Positions 34,201 through 46,820 of a stretch of DNA of 64,000 nucleotides are shown here, piece after piece. The number at the start of each line of letters is the position of its first letter. The stretch's first letter is position 1. A program made the position numbers and the translations under genes. The notes under the pieces were generated by a model that was not told where the DNA came from, ran no database searches, and saw only the letters and a program-made list of their open reading frames with translations. The DNA is from Lepidodermella squamata (Eukaryota; Animalia; Gastrotricha), in NCBI GenBank assembly GCA_047495785.1, contig JBLDXI010000013.1:1302001-1366000 (forward strand), read 5' to 3'.

Positions 34201-37055
34201 GGGCGAGGATTTGCTTCGCTTGGGCATGAGAGTGGCCCTAAAACAGGCATCGAAATTAATTTAAATCTCACTTTAATGAATCAACTCACAGTCTTAAGGT
34301 CGACTTGGAATCGCCGGCAAAGTTCCTCAAGTGGAACTTTGTGGACGTCGGTATTAACTTCCTTCTTCAACTCCTCCAAGTTGCGTTTCCGCTCTTTAGC
34401 TAAACAAGGCAGGACGCTAGTTATGCTCCACGAGGACTTTTTACGCTTTGATTGCGCATTGTCCTTCTTCAACATAGCCTTCGACTCCGGCTCCTGAATC
34501 AAAAGAAATCATTAGCAAAAATCGATGTGAAACAGCTTGTATAAATTTTTGAAAATTATAATTATATATACATGAGCTCCCGACGATGGAATTTCTGACA
34601 TTTCCAATATTTGCGGCGAATTTGTCAAGGCAGTAAAAGATTGAGTATCGGCAGATTAAGTGTCAAGAAGTTATTGCAAAAGCATAAGTTTTTAACATTT
34701 TCCAACTGCGATCTGCTTCTCCTCAAAAAGCACCTATAATCCGTGGAGAAAGTTAACTAGAATATGATGATAAAGACGGTCAAGTGGAAAAAATAGAGAG
34801 AGATAGAGAGACGTTGTGTAGCTAAAAGATGATATATGTTTCTTCTGGTTCTGTATTACGTACTACATATTCCATTCCTATACTGTATTCATTATTTTGC
34901 AGTGCGAATTATTGTCATGAAAATAAGTAAAATTATTGCAAAATGCACACGATATGATCAACGCCATCGCGCGCCGTTCGACTATGACATATTACTATTA
35001 CTATGATTGTGATTATTCATTATTTATTATCATATAAAACAGACACATATGCGCCGCCGCAAACATGTAGGCCCGACAGCAATTCTCCAATGTTTCCACA
35101 TACTACATATACGGCGACGAAGACTAGGCACACTACACGGCCGCATCGATATATTACAGTGAGTAGGCGTTATCTATGTTTCATGCCGTCGCTCAAATTC
35201 TGCGCTTCTTCATCAAATGAAAATGGGAATCTGTGTTGCGCGCGAATCAAATCGAGCGTGAACCTCTGCAATAAAATCGGATTTTCAGTAGTGGGTGAAG
35301 GAACATTGCAGAGCAAGGGAAAAAAACCGGCGCTTTTTTTGTTAAGAATGAGATGTAAATAATCTTGCATATGATGCACATGTAAGGTATAAAAAACAAT
35401 CGATGGCTTCTGAAGCAAAACGCGAGGTCACTAGGAGGGACAAATTTGGGCTAAATAAACCATTGAATAGTTCATTCAACAAGTGAACGGGGCGAATTTG
35501 CCTGCGCAAAATTAAGCAATAATTTTAGTGAATGCGTCTTTCAGTAGCCAGAATTGCCGAGTCGATATTTCATTATTATTATTATCATCATTGTTATAGT
35601 GTTTTTAGAGCTGAACCGAGTACTGGGGTAGTATTACTAAGGGCGCTAGAGCACGGATTCCACCCATAAAAAAATTATTGATCGATCGATCCGCAGCCGC
35701 AGCGTGGCAGAGTTGTGACTTTTCCAGTCCGTAATTTTAACGCGAGGCAAGACACGCAAAATATTCGCAGCAGCATCGACTGCTTGCACACGCGCGCGCA
35801 TGAAACAAATCGTGCCCAGCGGACGGGCGCGTACGACGACGGCGACAACGAACAAACGAAGGAAAGGGCGGAAATAGTAAAAGTCAATATTTTTCGCAAT
35901 ATAGTGGCTCGCGCAGGCCGGGCATACGCTACTAATACCGGCTCTACACTCCCACATTCACATGGGCGCGCGCAGACGTCTCATTGTCGTCTCTTTTTCT
36001 TCTTTTTAGGTTTTCATCGCCCTATTCTGCGTCGCTTTTCATCGTCTATTTTCCCCTCCAACGCCAGCGAAACATGTATAGTATTATTATTATTTTAAGA
36101 AGGTTATTACTGCAATTATTATTATTATTGCGACGATGTATAACAATGTAAAGCTAATAATAACAAAATAGTAATAGTAATGGCCTGCCAGAAGGAAGAA
36201 AATAAGCAGGCAGCGAACAAGGGAAGACGATTCGGGCGCGGATATCGCTACATAAGGATTACTACTATCATTGTATTCTTGTGCTCGGCCTAATGCCTGT
36301 ACTAGTAGCTCTGGAACTGTTCCTTCCGGCTATAAAATAATAACGCTCACCACTCGACGCAGCGCAATAATAGTAGAACACAGGACCGTCTTCTGACAAA
36401 TGAAAGTAGCCGCTTTACTTCAGTTCAGGGTACTCGTATAGAGACGCCGGGCGATAAAAAATAGCTGACAAAGCCCTACAATCAACGATCATTACGCCGA
36501 GATTAATTTACATTCGCTGATCCTTTCATTGATATCAGCAAATTTTTTACATTCTTTCACCTGAATTTACTTGATTATTAAATTTGATGGCAATACTTCG
36601 GTAGCAGGATGAGGCATATTGCTTTCAGAAAATTGACCTGGCGCAGGAAAATGCCGCAGCCCGAATGATAAATTAATGAGTCTACTAAGGTGCACAGCTT
36701 CAAGGGTTTAAAATCGATTTTCGCTCAGCGGTTGTTTTTCTTAGTCATACATAATGGTGAATCGATATGACCATGCCATCGCGTACTAACTACTACATAA
36801 CCGCATTAGAATCGATTGGATAAACAAACGAGTGTTTCTTATGCCCATCGTCATCGTCATCCAATCTGTCTCACCTGCGACAGTGATCCTCGATAAAGAT
36901 AACGAATTGTAAATTCCATAAATGCGGTAGCTCATGTTGTATAAATATTAAGTAAATAGCCTGAGCAGGGGCTCAGAAAATCGGGTGTAAAAGGTATATT
37001 TTTCCAATAAACTTACGGTCTGAGTCGGCTGGTAGGCAGCACCTTTTCCAACCAT
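31292..37055 (-). CDS. ATP1A: Na+/K+-ATPase alpha subunit, copy 2 (main body 31292-34495; candidate first exons 37017-37055 or 34572-34601)
   Basis: Same P2C motifs, C-terminus RETYY*, strongly GC3-biased codons. Both candidate first exons end in phase-0 GT donors compatible with the EPESKAM exon. The 5' end is less certain than the gene identity. Confidence 0.93.
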
Positions 37056-40000
37056 TTGCTGGTGACTAAATGCGTTGACTGAGGTAACTTGACGTTGTAT
37101 ACTTCGTTCAAGTATTACAAGTCAAAAAAACGTATAGGCGATGTCGACAGAGGTCGAAGACACTGGACAGGATACAATTAATACAATTGTAAAATCCTAT
37201 ACGTCTAGACGTGAGAGAAAAAAATCATGAGTTGATTGAGATAAAATCGGGTAAAATTTAGCGCGTTGATTTCGGTAGCCGGCTCATCTGACCGGCGATG
37301 AAAATGAGGCCGTGGCTATAGCAAGCCGGGTATGAGGAAATCGCAACTCAGCCGCACAATGCAAGGGATGTGAAAACAAATGCTAATTCAGCTACCGTCC
37401 AACCACCGGTCGCCGAGCGAGATCGGGCGTGCTAGCGTAGAGCGCGCATAATAATGAGATCTACCTTCAACTAGTCGCTGGACGACGAGTTTTCAGTAAA
37501 TGTAAATTGCCGCCGATTCCAGCGCCATTTTTCGGGCTGGTTTTGCTGAAACTCAGGTAACTTATTAGCTGGAAAACAAAACATTACAGATGGAAACAAC
37601 AGGCTACCAGCCAGCAGCGTGCTTAACTAACGCAACCAGTAGTAATTTATTTGATATTTCGTTTTGGTGCAATAGCTCTAATACCAACGCATTATATCTA
37701 TACGTTACTATTAGACTAAAATTACGATGTGTCAAAGCTCGCGTGCACTACAGCGACCAACACGCTCGTGTAAGCCAGCCTTAACCGACTTGGCATCGTT
37801 AAAAAAGCCTCAAAGCTGCGTGCGTTTGTATTTTACAATGAAGAAAGTTGTAATTGCAGCATTGAGTTGTTACGCATCACCTTGAGGTTGTTGGCGGAAT
37901 AAAATAATTTAGCGATGAAAAATTGAACACGTTATGAAAGAGATTAAATTCTCTACCTAGCCACATCGAGCCCAGATTTAAAGCGAACACCTGGATCAAC
38001 TTACAAGAAAAAAACTTACATGGTCCATTGTGTTTTCGGATATCTGCCCTTCTGCACAAATTGGAGACCACTTTCAAACTTGTTATCACTGCAACAAAAC
38101 GAGTGGCTATTAACAAGCCTTCGGATACCGAGCGTGAGATAAAAGTGAAATAGCCGGCACAATTGATAACAAGGAACGCAGTTCTCAATAATTTGACCTT
38201 GGTGTTGTAAAACATAAGCCACCTCCTTAAAATACTCATGAACCCACGCTCACTCCACTCTTTCTGATAGTGAGCATTTTTTCCTCGCACTGCCATTCAA
38301 TCTTAAACCGCTTTCATCCGCGAACAGCAATTCAGAGAACTGAATAGAATGCGCAGCGACTTCGTTGCGAATAAGAATTACAGCATATTTCCTAGGCACT
38401 TAATTGAAGGATTCAATTACTGCATTATCGTTGGGAAGCAAAATACGACGATGGGTGTACTTCGAAAAATTCAGTTCAGTTGCTAATTTTCGGCAATTAG
38501 CAATGCAATTCAAAATTCGAAAAACCTCAAAATAAATTAAATCGGAATAATTACGGCCCAAAGGCTTGGGAGTTAACCGAAGAAACCGATTATAATAAGC
38601 AAATCGTAATTAAATCTTCCTGCTTTCAAAACCGCCTCGTTATGTTAACATTTGGATGTATATAAATGTACAATAATTGAGACAAAACTGAGACAAAAGT
38701 AGCACAATTAGCCTTCGCTCGAGTAGAGAAATCGTAAACGCCAATTTGAATGGCAAGCAATGGGAAAAGAACCATTCATGTAATAAAAGTGAAGAACAAA
38801 TGCATCATACATCATACATGCCCAAAAAATCGTAGAATGTCCGAAAAACTTAGCTCATACTGTATATAACTAGCAAAATATTAGCGGAAAATTGAACTAT
38901 TTGCAGCTTGAAACAATAGGGAAGCCCACTTTCCGCCTGCAAGTTGATATCATGGGAAGTTTTTTGATAAATTGATTACAAGGTGATTCCTGAATAAGTA
39001 TCGTAATGGGTGACATCGAATTTACCAAGTAATAAATTCAAATGGAATTAGCGGGTTGTAAATCTAAAATCTAACCTGATCTATGGTATGAAACTGCTAA
39101 CAGGATCCAAAATTACAACAGGCCTGCAATTTCGGTACAATTTAAAGGTCTTGATTCGGAAGTAACAATTTCAATTTTCATGCTATTTTGACTGAGCCAG
39201 CGCAACGCTTTGTAACGGCTGTAAATCAATGAATCTAAAGTGACCTATTCAGATAAGGATTTGGCACATACAGTAAGTTCTGTAAAATACTTTAAACTAT
39301 GAGATATGAGCTTTGAACTGTATATGCCACCGCTCCCAATTTCTTGCCATTAGCCATTAAGGGTCTAACACGCTATTTAACACGCGATGAATAGTTAGAA
39401 ATCGGCGGATAGGCGGATAATAATGAAGCCAATCTAAAATATTAAAAACAATCAGTAATGAAGGTAGCCGTTGATAAAGTCATAAATCATTAAAATCCAG
39501 TGAGCATGCTTTGAATGTACTTAGATAAAATTAACCACAGCATAAGTTGAAAATAACAGGACAAATGATACGCAATGGCAGTAACTTCTAGAACAACTAA
39601 CAACTTAAGCCATCAAGTTTTGAGCAAATTCATTGACTCATTCACACATCCACTTATTTACACACGCTTCTTAAGTATATACTGAATACTAAACGTCGCC
39701 TGACTTGGCCGTTTTTACCGGTGCCCGGTGCCGCCTCGTCTCGCTAGAACCGGTTTGCAACCCGATCCCCCATCCGCAGCTAGTCTAAAATTTTGCGAGC
39801 ATTTTATTTTGTTGACACAAATAAATTTTTGAAAGCGAAATTGATAATTACATACATAAACAATTATCTTATCAACCGAATTTAGTTACGTAATCTTTAG
39901 GTCTTGGGTTTTCAAAAAAGTTGCCGCGTTCGTGCACGTGTGTGGTGCGTGAAATGAATCCTACCTACCTGGCCCACCATCCCTGAACCCCAACCGACGT

Positions 40001-40414
40001 GAGTCGAAAGGTAGAATTTCGAATTTCGCAGTCGCTAGGTTCGCTTTTCAAATAACGCGGCTTCGTCGTGCTATCGTTTGCCGTTTGCCTTTTGCCTACT
40101 ATAAATTGCTGATAGTTGAGTATCTGAATCGAAGTGTCTCGATTTGCCTTCTAGTTTCCTTTCACCGCACACACTATTAAATGTAATATCCAATTGCATG
40201 TATGTTGGCTAGATTTTGCCATAATTTTAGGCAGAATGAAAAACTTTTTCATAGGGTCAGCCATGTCGTTTGCCGTTGCGATCGTGGGATTTTTCTCTTG
40301 GACAAAACCAATTAATTGTGTATTAGTTATTGATTTTATTCACTGAGACACGCTTCTGCAAAGGCCGAAAAGGGGCGTTTAGTTTCTGCTGCATCACACA
40401 TTAGGGGGACACGC

Positions 40415-40741
40415 CAGTGGCGGAGATAAGGGGTGCACGATGCACCCCCAAGTCCCCAGTCTTCACCCCCTTCTATCGGGCCCTTTATCCCATATGAAAA
40501 AAATCTCAATTTTTCGCGCAACTTTTTCTTGCTCAACCAGTTACTACTGCCGCCAATGAGCGATCTTTATTGAAACTTAAGCTTGTGATCAAATTATTTG
40601 ATATCTTCTCTCTTGTAAGGCAGTCCTTCAAACCTATTTGCTATTTGGCGCCCCAGTTTTGAAAAGTGCACAACCCAAAATGGCCTTGGATGGCGCCTGT
40701 GCACCCCCTGCTAAATAAGTTATCTCCGCCACTGGCCACTG
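40415..40741. mobile_element. hAT-like MITE
   Basis: TIR CAGTGGCGGAGATAA (40415-40429) / TTATCTCCGCCACTG (40720-40734), followed by a duplicated GCCACTG. Flanks GGACACGC (40407-40414) and TGACACGC (40742-40749) match 7 of 8. Subterminal GGGGTGCAC/GTGCACCCC motifs. Confidence 0.75.
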
Positions 40742-40922
40742 TGACACGCTAATACATGGGCGATTTACTCTATCTTATTCTTATTTGACTTGAATAAGCC
40801 CCTTTTCATAGGGCAAATACAACTTTCATATTTGACCACGGAAAATCGATTGCCGTTTTCAACTTTCAATTTCTGCTTCTTTAGATTGTGGATTGCAGTT
40901 GAATTTTATTTTGTCTTATCAA

Positions 40923-42062
40923 ATGGCCGAATCAGGCGCAGATCATGTTGTCGATCAGGTTATCAAATCAGCCGAAGCTTCGAGCAACGACGGGTGTACG
41001 TGTATTATTGTGTCCGGCATGGCGGGTTCGGGCAAGACAGCGCTAGTTCAGCGGATAGTTTCTCATCTGTACAAAAGTCACCCGCCCTATGTGATCAATT
41101 TGGACCCGGCAGTCCTCGAAGTTCCGTACCCTGTCAATGTCGACATTCGTGATACAGTGAACTACAAACAAGTAATGAAGGATTACAAACTTGGCCCAAA
41201 TGGCGCGATCATAACGAGCTTGAATCTTTTCGCCACGAAATTCGATCAGGTCGTTGGACTGATCGAAAAGAACAAAAACAAGCACAAGTATGTCGTGATC
41301 GACACCCCTGGGCAAATTGAGGTTTTTACATGGTCTGCTTCTGGTGCTATTATCACCGAATCGTTGTCTTCATTATTTCCAACTGCTGTTTGTTATTGTG
41401 TCGACACTCCAAAATCAACTAACCCAGTCACTTTCATGTCAAATATGCTCTACGCCTGTTCTCTGTTGTATAAAACTCGTTTGCCTCTTGTCGTTGCGCT
41501 CAACAAGGTCGACGTGGTTGACTGCAGACCTATTCAATTATGGATGAAAGATTTCGAAGCTTTTCAAGATGCTTTGGATCAAGAAAATCAGCTTGGTGAA
41601 AATCGAGCGTCTTATAGCTCTTCATTTGCCAACTCACTATCGCTGGTTTTGGACGAGTTTTATTCTACGATGCATTCGGTTGGCGTATCAGCCGTGACCG
41701 GTTCTGGAATCGATGATTTAGTCTCGGCTTTCGATGAACTGCGTAAAGAATATTTTTCTGACTTCTTGCCTGCCATGGAAAAGATGAAGCAAGACCGTCT
41801 CTCCGAGCAATTAAGTCGTGTTAGAATGGACGCTAGCGAAGATCCGATCACCCAAGTGGAGCCAGCGAAACTGGCCGCTGATAGAGTTTACCTGAGACCT
41901 GACGGCGACGACGATGAAGATACCGGTAAACGCCCGATTGATGATGAAGATGACCCTCAGGAACGTCTCGAGTACGAATCTTTCCAGAATTTCATTCGTG
42001 ACGTCGTCAAAAACAAAAAGGCATCAAGTAATCCCAATTCTGCTGCTGACTCGAATTTTTGA
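40923..42062 (+). CDS. GPN1: GPN-loop GTPase 1 (intronless)
   Basis: GMAGSGKT P-loop, [26 protein letters not shown], and an acidic C-terminal extension. First ATG at 40923. Confidence 0.96.
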   Translation: MAESGADHVVDQVIKSAEASSNDGCTCIIVSGMAGSGKTALVQRIVSHLYKSHPPYVINLDPAVLEVPYPVNVDIRDTVNYKQVMKDYKLGPNGAIITSLNLFATKFDQVVGLIEKNKNKHKYVVIDTPGQIEVFTWSASGAIITESLSSLFPTAVCYCVDTPKSTNPVTFMSNMLYACSLLYKTRLPLVVALNKVDVVDCRPIQLWMKDFEAFQDALDQENQLGENRASYSSSFANSLSLVLDEFYSTMHSVGVSAVTGSGIDDLVSAFDELRKEYFSDFLPAMEKMKQDRLSEQLSRVRMDASEDPITQVEPAKLAADRVYLRPDGDDDEDTGKRPIDDEDDPQERLEYESFQNFIRDVVKNKKASSNPNSAADSNF

Positions 42063-42632
42063 AAATGTGATCTTATTTTCTTTGCAATTCCTGGTCAATA
42101 AAATTTTTACGCATTCGTGATTTTGTTTTAGTTTCAAAAAGCAAAACATCGATTGACTTTGACCATTGGCCGTTTTATTCCCTTTGAGGGACGTTTCTTC
42201 ACATCATTTCTTCAGTTCGTGTAGCAAAAACAGATAGAACGAGCAAATACACATGGCATTAACGGCTTTGATTCAAAAAGACAAAATTTCACAGATCACA
42301 ATGAAACACAGTGTCATAAGAATATGGATTAACGTCTGTGACAGAGACGCTTGAAATAAGCTATGAATATATATGGATTTGGAATAGGAAAAGATTTATT
42401 CATCGTACGACCTCGTAGTGCCTTGAATCAAAACAATTCTAGCGGAAGTCGCAAATCTACAGTTGTTTGTTACAAAAGAGGGCTGCAATCCGCTAAAATA
42501 TTCGAATGGAATCTGCTTTCAGGAAAATATCACCGTTCTTTGGGCAAATTTGAGAAGGTACATAAATAAATTGTGACATCACATTCAGACATAGGCGAAA
42601 GAGAAGAGCAATGTAAGTATAATTCGTGGGAT

Positions 42633-43032
42633 TTACGGTGAAGATTCGAGCAAAGAAGCAGCGCTGGCCGAATTGCGATGGATCCGTCGGCTGAACAACG
42701 GAGTCGAAGTTCCATGGACCTTGAGCAAATCGGGCTGGCTGCACACATCAGAATCCTTTTCATGCGAAGATTCTGACAGATTGTTGCGGCGCCTCCTCTG
42801 CTTCTTAGACAGATGGAGTTCTATAGAAATAAAGGTGTGTCCATATAAAATGTTGTGGTCTACATGCACTTTTCATACCTAGCTTTGGAGGCAGTTTTGC
42901 CCTGCTCGACTGGTTTAGCGTCGTTGATTGGTAATAAATTGGACGAGTTACCGAGAACGCTCGGGAAATCATCAGCATGACAAGAGTGTAGAACAGGCAG
43001 GCGAAGAAAATCACCAAACCTCTCAGCGCCAT
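42633..43032 (-). CDS. Putative small signal-anchored or secreted protein (2 exons, 113 aa)
   Basis: Hydrophobic N-terminus LVIFFACLFYTLVMLMI. The 58-nt GT-AG intron 42821-42878 joins ORFs 42805-43032 and 42633-42869 in frame. Confidence 0.45.
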
Positions 43033-44166
43033 ATGTATTTTGATTTCAGTAATAATACCTATAGATCACAGAAAAATTCGCATAAAAATTATTTCCAGCT
43101 AAGCCTCTGTGTTGTATAGGTAGGTAAGGTTGAGAGCTATAGGTGAAGCGTAGCTCATGGCGTAGCTTACATCGGCACGAGCCCAAGGCACTGAGGAGCT
43201 GCGTCACATGTTTTGCTAGCCGCAAATCGCGTGTTAAAAGGTGTTCACATTTTTGCCCGACTTGAAATACTTGAGCTCTGTTATCAATTTTAATGCTGTT
43301 TTTTCTGGAATTATAATAGCGGCGTATAGAAAAGCCAGGCTGTATACATGAGCAAACACGAGCCGGTTTTTGATACTGTGGGCAATGCGTAAAAGGGTAA
43401 GATTCAAAGTTCAAAGGTTACTAAAAAAATAATAATCAACGCTATTCGACGGCACGTGAATAGCTCACACGCGCTATCGCCTTTCGTCATAACAATAGGT
43501 GCAGCGATTTGTGACATAAAATGCCGATAAAAGCATGAAAAACAAGATAAAAAGTACTGTGACCTTTGTCCTGTGATGAATGTGTCCGCGATATCGACTC
43601 TCTTACTTGTTTTTATTTGAATAAATTCACTGCGGTTCAGCTGTTAAAAACTGTTGACCCAGTTTGCTCGTTTAAAATAAGCAACTGAGCATTTATTTTT
43701 GTTCACTTTGCTTAACCGTAATGTAAATTCGGCACCGTTTCCGGGTGTGGTTCATGACCCCTCACCCCACCACCACACCCGTAATAAAAAAGCGTTATCA
43801 TTCGGCGTCAAAATTCACAGTATTTATTCAGTCAAAGTAATATGCTGATAACGCCGCCTCAAATAATGAACAATAACAGCAGTTGGCTTAGCCAAGTGTG
43901 GATGAAACGTCAATTTACACAATGAAACTGATACGACATCATGTGTGGTTACACCGAAAAACATAATAGCGCCCAGTGGATCGCGGCGAACTAGATAAAA
44001 AAATTGAACGCTAACGATGCGTCACTGAGGCGAGAAAGGCGATTCAGAAGAGCACATCAAAACAAATTGTTTCGAACGTTCATTATTACAAATCCGTATC
44101 ACGCTTTTCCTATTCGAATAAAAACGACCAATTCACACATCTTCTGCTTATTATTGCAGCAATAAT

Positions 44167-44997
44167 TCAATGACGGCCTCGTGAACCGGAGCGGGATCGG
44201 TGGCGTCTTCGTTCTCCACCACGCTCGCGACTGTGACTGCGAGACCGGCTGAAATTGAAAAAATGAAATACATGTCCGTAAAATAGCCTATAAATTTACC
44301 TTCGCTTCGACTTCTTCGATTTGCTTCGGTTGTAAAGCTTCTTCCGCAATTCACGGCTGATTGGCTTCAAATGCATGAAATTGCAAAACCCACCCCTCGT
44401 ACATTCGCCGATTTCGTATTGACGGCAGCAAGCTTCGCGGAAATCGGTAACCGGCGACAGCTCGGCGTAAATTGGTCGACAGTTAAACCAGCGGTTGTTC
44501 AAATCATTCACAGCTCGTTCGGCATCTTCTTCGCGGCGAAATTTGACGTAAACGTTGCCGACGAGATGATCGCCCAAATTATCGCAAACGTTCATTTCCT
44601 CAATCTCGCCATATTTCTCCTCCAGTTCGGTGAAAACCTCCTCAAAAAAATCGTCGAAATGTTTCTGAATTTCAACGTCAGTGAAGGTGCTAAGGCCAGA
44701 GGCTACGATTTTCCCTGAAGCCGGATCTATCGTCATTTGAGGATTCACGTACAAATTCTGCATCAAAATAGTCTGACTGAAAGTGGGACGGTTATGAATG
44801 CGAGAGCAACGATCCCCATGGCGACATGCTCCGATTTTGAAATAAAACGAGCAGTTAACCCTGAAAAGTTCAATAGAACCGTCATGTGAGTTAGTTCAAA
44901 GTGATTCGAAATCAAACGAAAGTAGAGCTGAAATAAAAATACCGTCAACTCACTTATCCTTTTCTGTGCCGAAAATCGATGCCAAATATTCAGCCAT
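44167..44997 (-). CDS. U2AF1: Splicing factor U2AF small subunit (U2AF35), 3 exons
   Basis: MAEYLASIFGTEKDK|VNCSFYFKIGACRHGDRCSR, UHM domain, second CCCH finger CRQYEIGECTRGGFCNFMH, and an RS tail. Confidence 0.98.
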
Positions 44998-45351
44998 CCT
45001 TTGAAACCTGAATTAGCCTGGATAAAAATTCGCTGCGAAAGAGATATGATCGAAAAATCCTGAAAAAGTTGTTAATCTTTCCTAGAATTAAAAGCAATAG
45101 ATAATCAAATGTGGATACTTGACTCTGGGATAATCTCGAAACAAAGCTGTGCTTAAAAATTGGGGTAAAATAGCCATAAATTGGACACGAAGAAAGCGTA
45201 GTTGAAAATTTATTATTTTATCAAAAAAAACCGTCTCAGATAAGATAGTCGGAAGCGGATATTGTATAAAATGGTAAATACAAAAATGATATGTTGACTG
45301 AGCAATAACAAAAGTATCTAGACTAAGACTGGCTGTGAACGTCCTGGCGAT

Positions 45352-46709
45352 TCAGCATTTCTCTGCCGACTTTCTGGAAGAGCATAATTTCAGTTCGCCT
45401 CGAAGTTGTTCACATAATTCAAGCAAAACTCACGATTAGCAGATGAGCATACTGAGGTTCGAGCATACGCTTGAAGCAGTTGCATGAAGATCGATTTGCG
45501 GGAAAATTAGACGAGCTGTGACCAGACGACTTTGAGCATACAGAAACCGGCTCACAACTAGCAGATGATATCGATGAAGCATCTTCCCGAACAACATCCA
45601 ATTTAGGTAATTGAGCCCATAGTATATTTGAAAGGGCAGTCAGAACTTCTAGCTGCTGCTCATCGTCGACAAATACTAGTTCATCATCGCTGTCATCCTC
45701 TCCTGGGAGGTGAGGGGCAAAAAGTTTCTCGACTTTTTTCGCAGCATGGGGAATCAATTTGGGGACAATTTTCTCGGCGAATCGGAATACCGACAAGCGG
45801 TAAAGATCCAAATCACGTGTATTATTGAGCAAACATAGGAACCGCCGAATGAATACTTCCTTAGGCTCGTTGTCAATATCATCTAATCAAGAACGAATTA
45901 ACGAAGATTTCGAGGCAAGCACATGAACATACCCAAACATTCAGGCAACAGAGCTATAACACGAAATCGCTGATAGAGGAGCTGAAAATTTAGACTAGAT
46001 GGTTCATGTTGCAGGCGAATTTCATCTTCAATCATCCGCTGGAAAACTACAGACCACTTCAAATGGCAACCTTTTTCGTCTGCATCAAACAGGGAGTAAA
46101 AAATAACTAAGTTGGATAACATTTCACTATAGAAATACCGGTTGGTACGGCAGATTTGAACAGTTCGAAAAGTCGATCTAACAGAACGCCGCTTTTAGAT
46201 ATCTTCCAGTTGACTAGGTGATGTAAATAGTATTCGTGAAAAGGCTGTATTTGCTGCTTATTAGCTTCATTGAACGGGCTGTTGACTAGAATCATTAGAC
46301 ATTCGCTGAAAGCCATGAAAGCGGCTTGGTATTGGGAAAAGGCATCTGCGGACAGCTCTTCGTCGTTGGCTGCACTGAGCGTCTTGCGAACAACGATGTC
46401 CGTCATTTTCACAATTTTCAGGCGGCGAGCCAAGTTCTGTGCGCTGGGGTTGTTGGTTGATATTCGGCTAATAATTAGCGACGCAACCATAGCGGCTTTC
46501 ATATGTAGACCAATTTTCAAGTCATCCTCCTCAACTGCGATTTTAGAGATAACGTTGGATAGCTTGGTAAATGACGTTTGATTTGTAGCAATGCTGACGT
46601 CAGCCGTTGATAAATTAGGTCTCCGTAAAATCGTATCACACAAGACGCTCACGTCGTTATCATTTTTACAATGCTCAAGCTTGTTAATCACATTGATAAT
46701 CTCGGTCAT
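45352..46709 (-). CDS. Hypothetical, probably alpha-helical protein (about 4 exons)
   Basis: ORFs 46107-46709, 45898-46122 and 45419-45832 join in frame through short GT-AG introns. The last exon (KSAEKC*) is tentative. No family recognised. Confidence 0.65.
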
Positions 46710-46820
46710 TTCAAAAGTCTATTTTTGAAGAGAAAACATTAGGTATCATAAATAATAATCTACATTGCATCAATATGTTAAGCAGAAGTGGAGCGTCAAA
46801 GAGTTTTGATGAACGAGTAT

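Noticed and set aside
37877-38296. 139-aa minus-strand ORF
   Set aside because: No recognisable motif or supporting exon chain. Only its gtaagt donor at 38019 is noted, as a possible upstream ATPase exon.
39960-40015. Hammerhead-like fragment (CTGA...GACGTGAGTC-GAAA-GGTAG)
   Set aside because: The core lacks CUGANGA (it reads CTGAACC) and stem I does not form.
40893-40922. TTG-initiated N-terminal extensions in the ORF track (GPN1 and others)
   Set aside because: The track uses alternative starts and ignores introns. Eukaryotic ATG starts and splice acceptors explain these segments.
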